DNA of 64,000 nt from Candidatus Dadabacteria bacterium (GTDB lineage: Bacteria; Desulfobacterota_D; UBA1144; Nemesobacterales; CSP1-2), in the NCBI GenBank assembly GCA_963805855.1, contig CAWDVW010000006.1:256001-320000 (forward strand), given 5' to 3'. Shown here in pieces: positions 62,782 through 64,000 of this stretch. Both the position numbers and the translations under genes were made by a program. Below the pieces are notes generated by a model. The model had not been told where the DNA came from, ran no database searches, and saw only the letters and a program-made list of their open reading frames with translations. Every line of letters starts with the position of its first letter. The stretch's first letter is position 1.

Positions 62782-64000
62782 TCAGGTGGAAGACGGAATT
62801 TTGAAAAAGATTGTAAACAGTACAGGTACAATAATGAGGGTAAGCATAGTTGCGAAAAGCAATCCGAACATGATCGTCACCGCCATAGAGACGAAGAAAG
62901 CATCCTGTAGAAGAGGTATCATGCCGAGTATTGTCGTCAACGCTGCCATCATCACTGGACGCATACGATTAACACCCGAGTCTACAACCGCCCAGTATTT
63001 TTCTTTGCCCTCCCTGATCTCAGTATCTATTTGATCAATTAGGACAATTGCATTTTTTATAAGCATTCCAGATAGGCTGAGCATTCCAAGGAGTGCCATG
63101 AATCCGAAGGGTTGCTTAAAGATCAATAGCCCGACCGTCACACCGATGATAGCCAGCGGTACGGTAAGCCATATGATCAGGGGTTGTCGGACGGCGTTAA
63201 AGAGAAAGATAACTATGAGAACCATCATACCTATGAATACCGGGATGGTCGATTTAAGGGACGCTTGCGCTCTTGCCGAGTCCTCTGCTTCACCTCCCCA
63301 CGCGATGTAGTACCCCTGCATACCCATGAGAGGTAACTGGTCTGACTCTCTTATTGGTATAACCTCATGATTAAAATCTTCGAATGGGTCATCTTCGGGA
63401 CCAAAATCGGTCCCCGTGATCTTTCCAACGTCTACCTTAAGAGCCTTTTCTATCTGTGGCTTTACACGCGCCAAAAGTTCACTGGGAAGTTCAGATTTCG
63501 GGTCGGCATGTATCTTGATCATCGTTACCCTGTTTCTTCTACCTATGTTGGCGTCTTCGGTCTCAGTATTGAATCCGGAAAGGACCTGGCCCATGGGAAT
63601 CATACGCTGAGCAGCAGGACTCCAGATTTGAATGTTTTGCATGGAACTGGCATTTAGACGCGATGGTTCAGGCGCCCGGGCTATTATGGGAAGGAGTTCG
63701 TTCTCAAAACTGCTTTTGTCTCTGTAGACGCCTGTCGTTGTGCCGGAGAATGATTCTTCAATCGCTTTTGCGAGATTCCGTCGCGTTATTCCGAGCTGCC
63801 TTGCTTGAGCATCCTCGAGTTGTGGACGCACGACTTTAATCTTTTCCTTCCACTCGTCGCGGACGGCCTTAGCGCCCGGATCCGCCCGTAGTATATCCTT
63901 CGCCTTCGTGGCAAGCTGACGCAGTACGGTGCGGTCAGGCCCACTAATACGAAGCTGAATTTTGCCCCCCTCTCCGGGGCCGAGTAGAAATTTTCTCACA
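62782..64000 (-). CDS. RND efflux permease (AcrB/AcrD/AcrF family), C-terminal part
   Basis: QPLII...PLAIIG, GMLIKNAIVL, R.RPVMM..LTTILG.IPL and GL.FAT.LTL motifs. Confidence 0.92.
   Translation of the reverse strand, partial: VRKFLLGPGEGGKIQLRISGPDRTVLRQLATKAKDILRADPGAKAVRDEWKEKIKVVRPQLEDAQARQLGITRRNLAKAIEESFSGTTTGVYRDKSSFENELLPIIARAPEPSRLNASSMQNIQIWSPAAQRMIPMGQVLSGFNTETEDANIGRRNRVTMIKIHADPKSELPSELLARVKPQIEKALKVDVGKITGTDFGPEDDPFEDFNHEVIPIRESDQLPLMGMQGYYIAWGGEAEDSARAQASLKSTIPVFIGMMVLIVIFLFNAVRQPLIIWLTVPLAIIGVTVGLLIFKQPFGFMALLGMLSLSGMLIKNAIVLIDQIDTEIREGKEKYWAVVDSGVNRMRPVMMAALTTILGMIPLLQDAFFVSMAVTIMFGLLFATMLTLIIVPVLFTIFFKIPSST

Overview
Bacterial chromosomal window in three parts. The gene content suggests a Desulfobacterota-like Gram-negative organism, but this is inference only. 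(i) 1-28.6 kb is a large minus-strand surface-polysaccharide locus: rmlACBD, two wzm copies, wzt with a C-terminal carbohydrate-binding module, a sulfotransferase/coiled-coil/glycosyltransferase fusion with a 4x42-bp repeat, a Tat-exported sulfatase, wecE, an ATP-grasp enzyme, and GT2 and GT-C-like proteins. It is headed by a sigma70 promoter and a c-di-GMP-I (GEMM) riboswitch, and interrupted by small GxxExxY and four-helix-bundle cassettes flanked by periodic inverted repeats. (ii) tRNA-fMet is followed by an uncharacterised biosynthetic cluster at 29-41 kb: PLP fold-II enzyme, two methyltransferases, amino-acid dehydrogenase, two PaaK-like ligases, B12 radical SAM, DRE-TIM acyl-CoA condensing enzyme and nitroreductase. 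(iii) 41-64 kb holds housekeeping genes (ispA, tlyA, tal, rpsT, holA, lipB, ndk, NusG paralogue, proA, sigma70, recN, pdaD, nfo, NDH-2/cNMP/CBS fusion, RND permease), plus a REP-flanked DUF559 nuclease and other palindromic repeats. About ten apparent frameshifts occur, all within the first 41 kb. All calls come from motif recognition by eye; no database searches were run.
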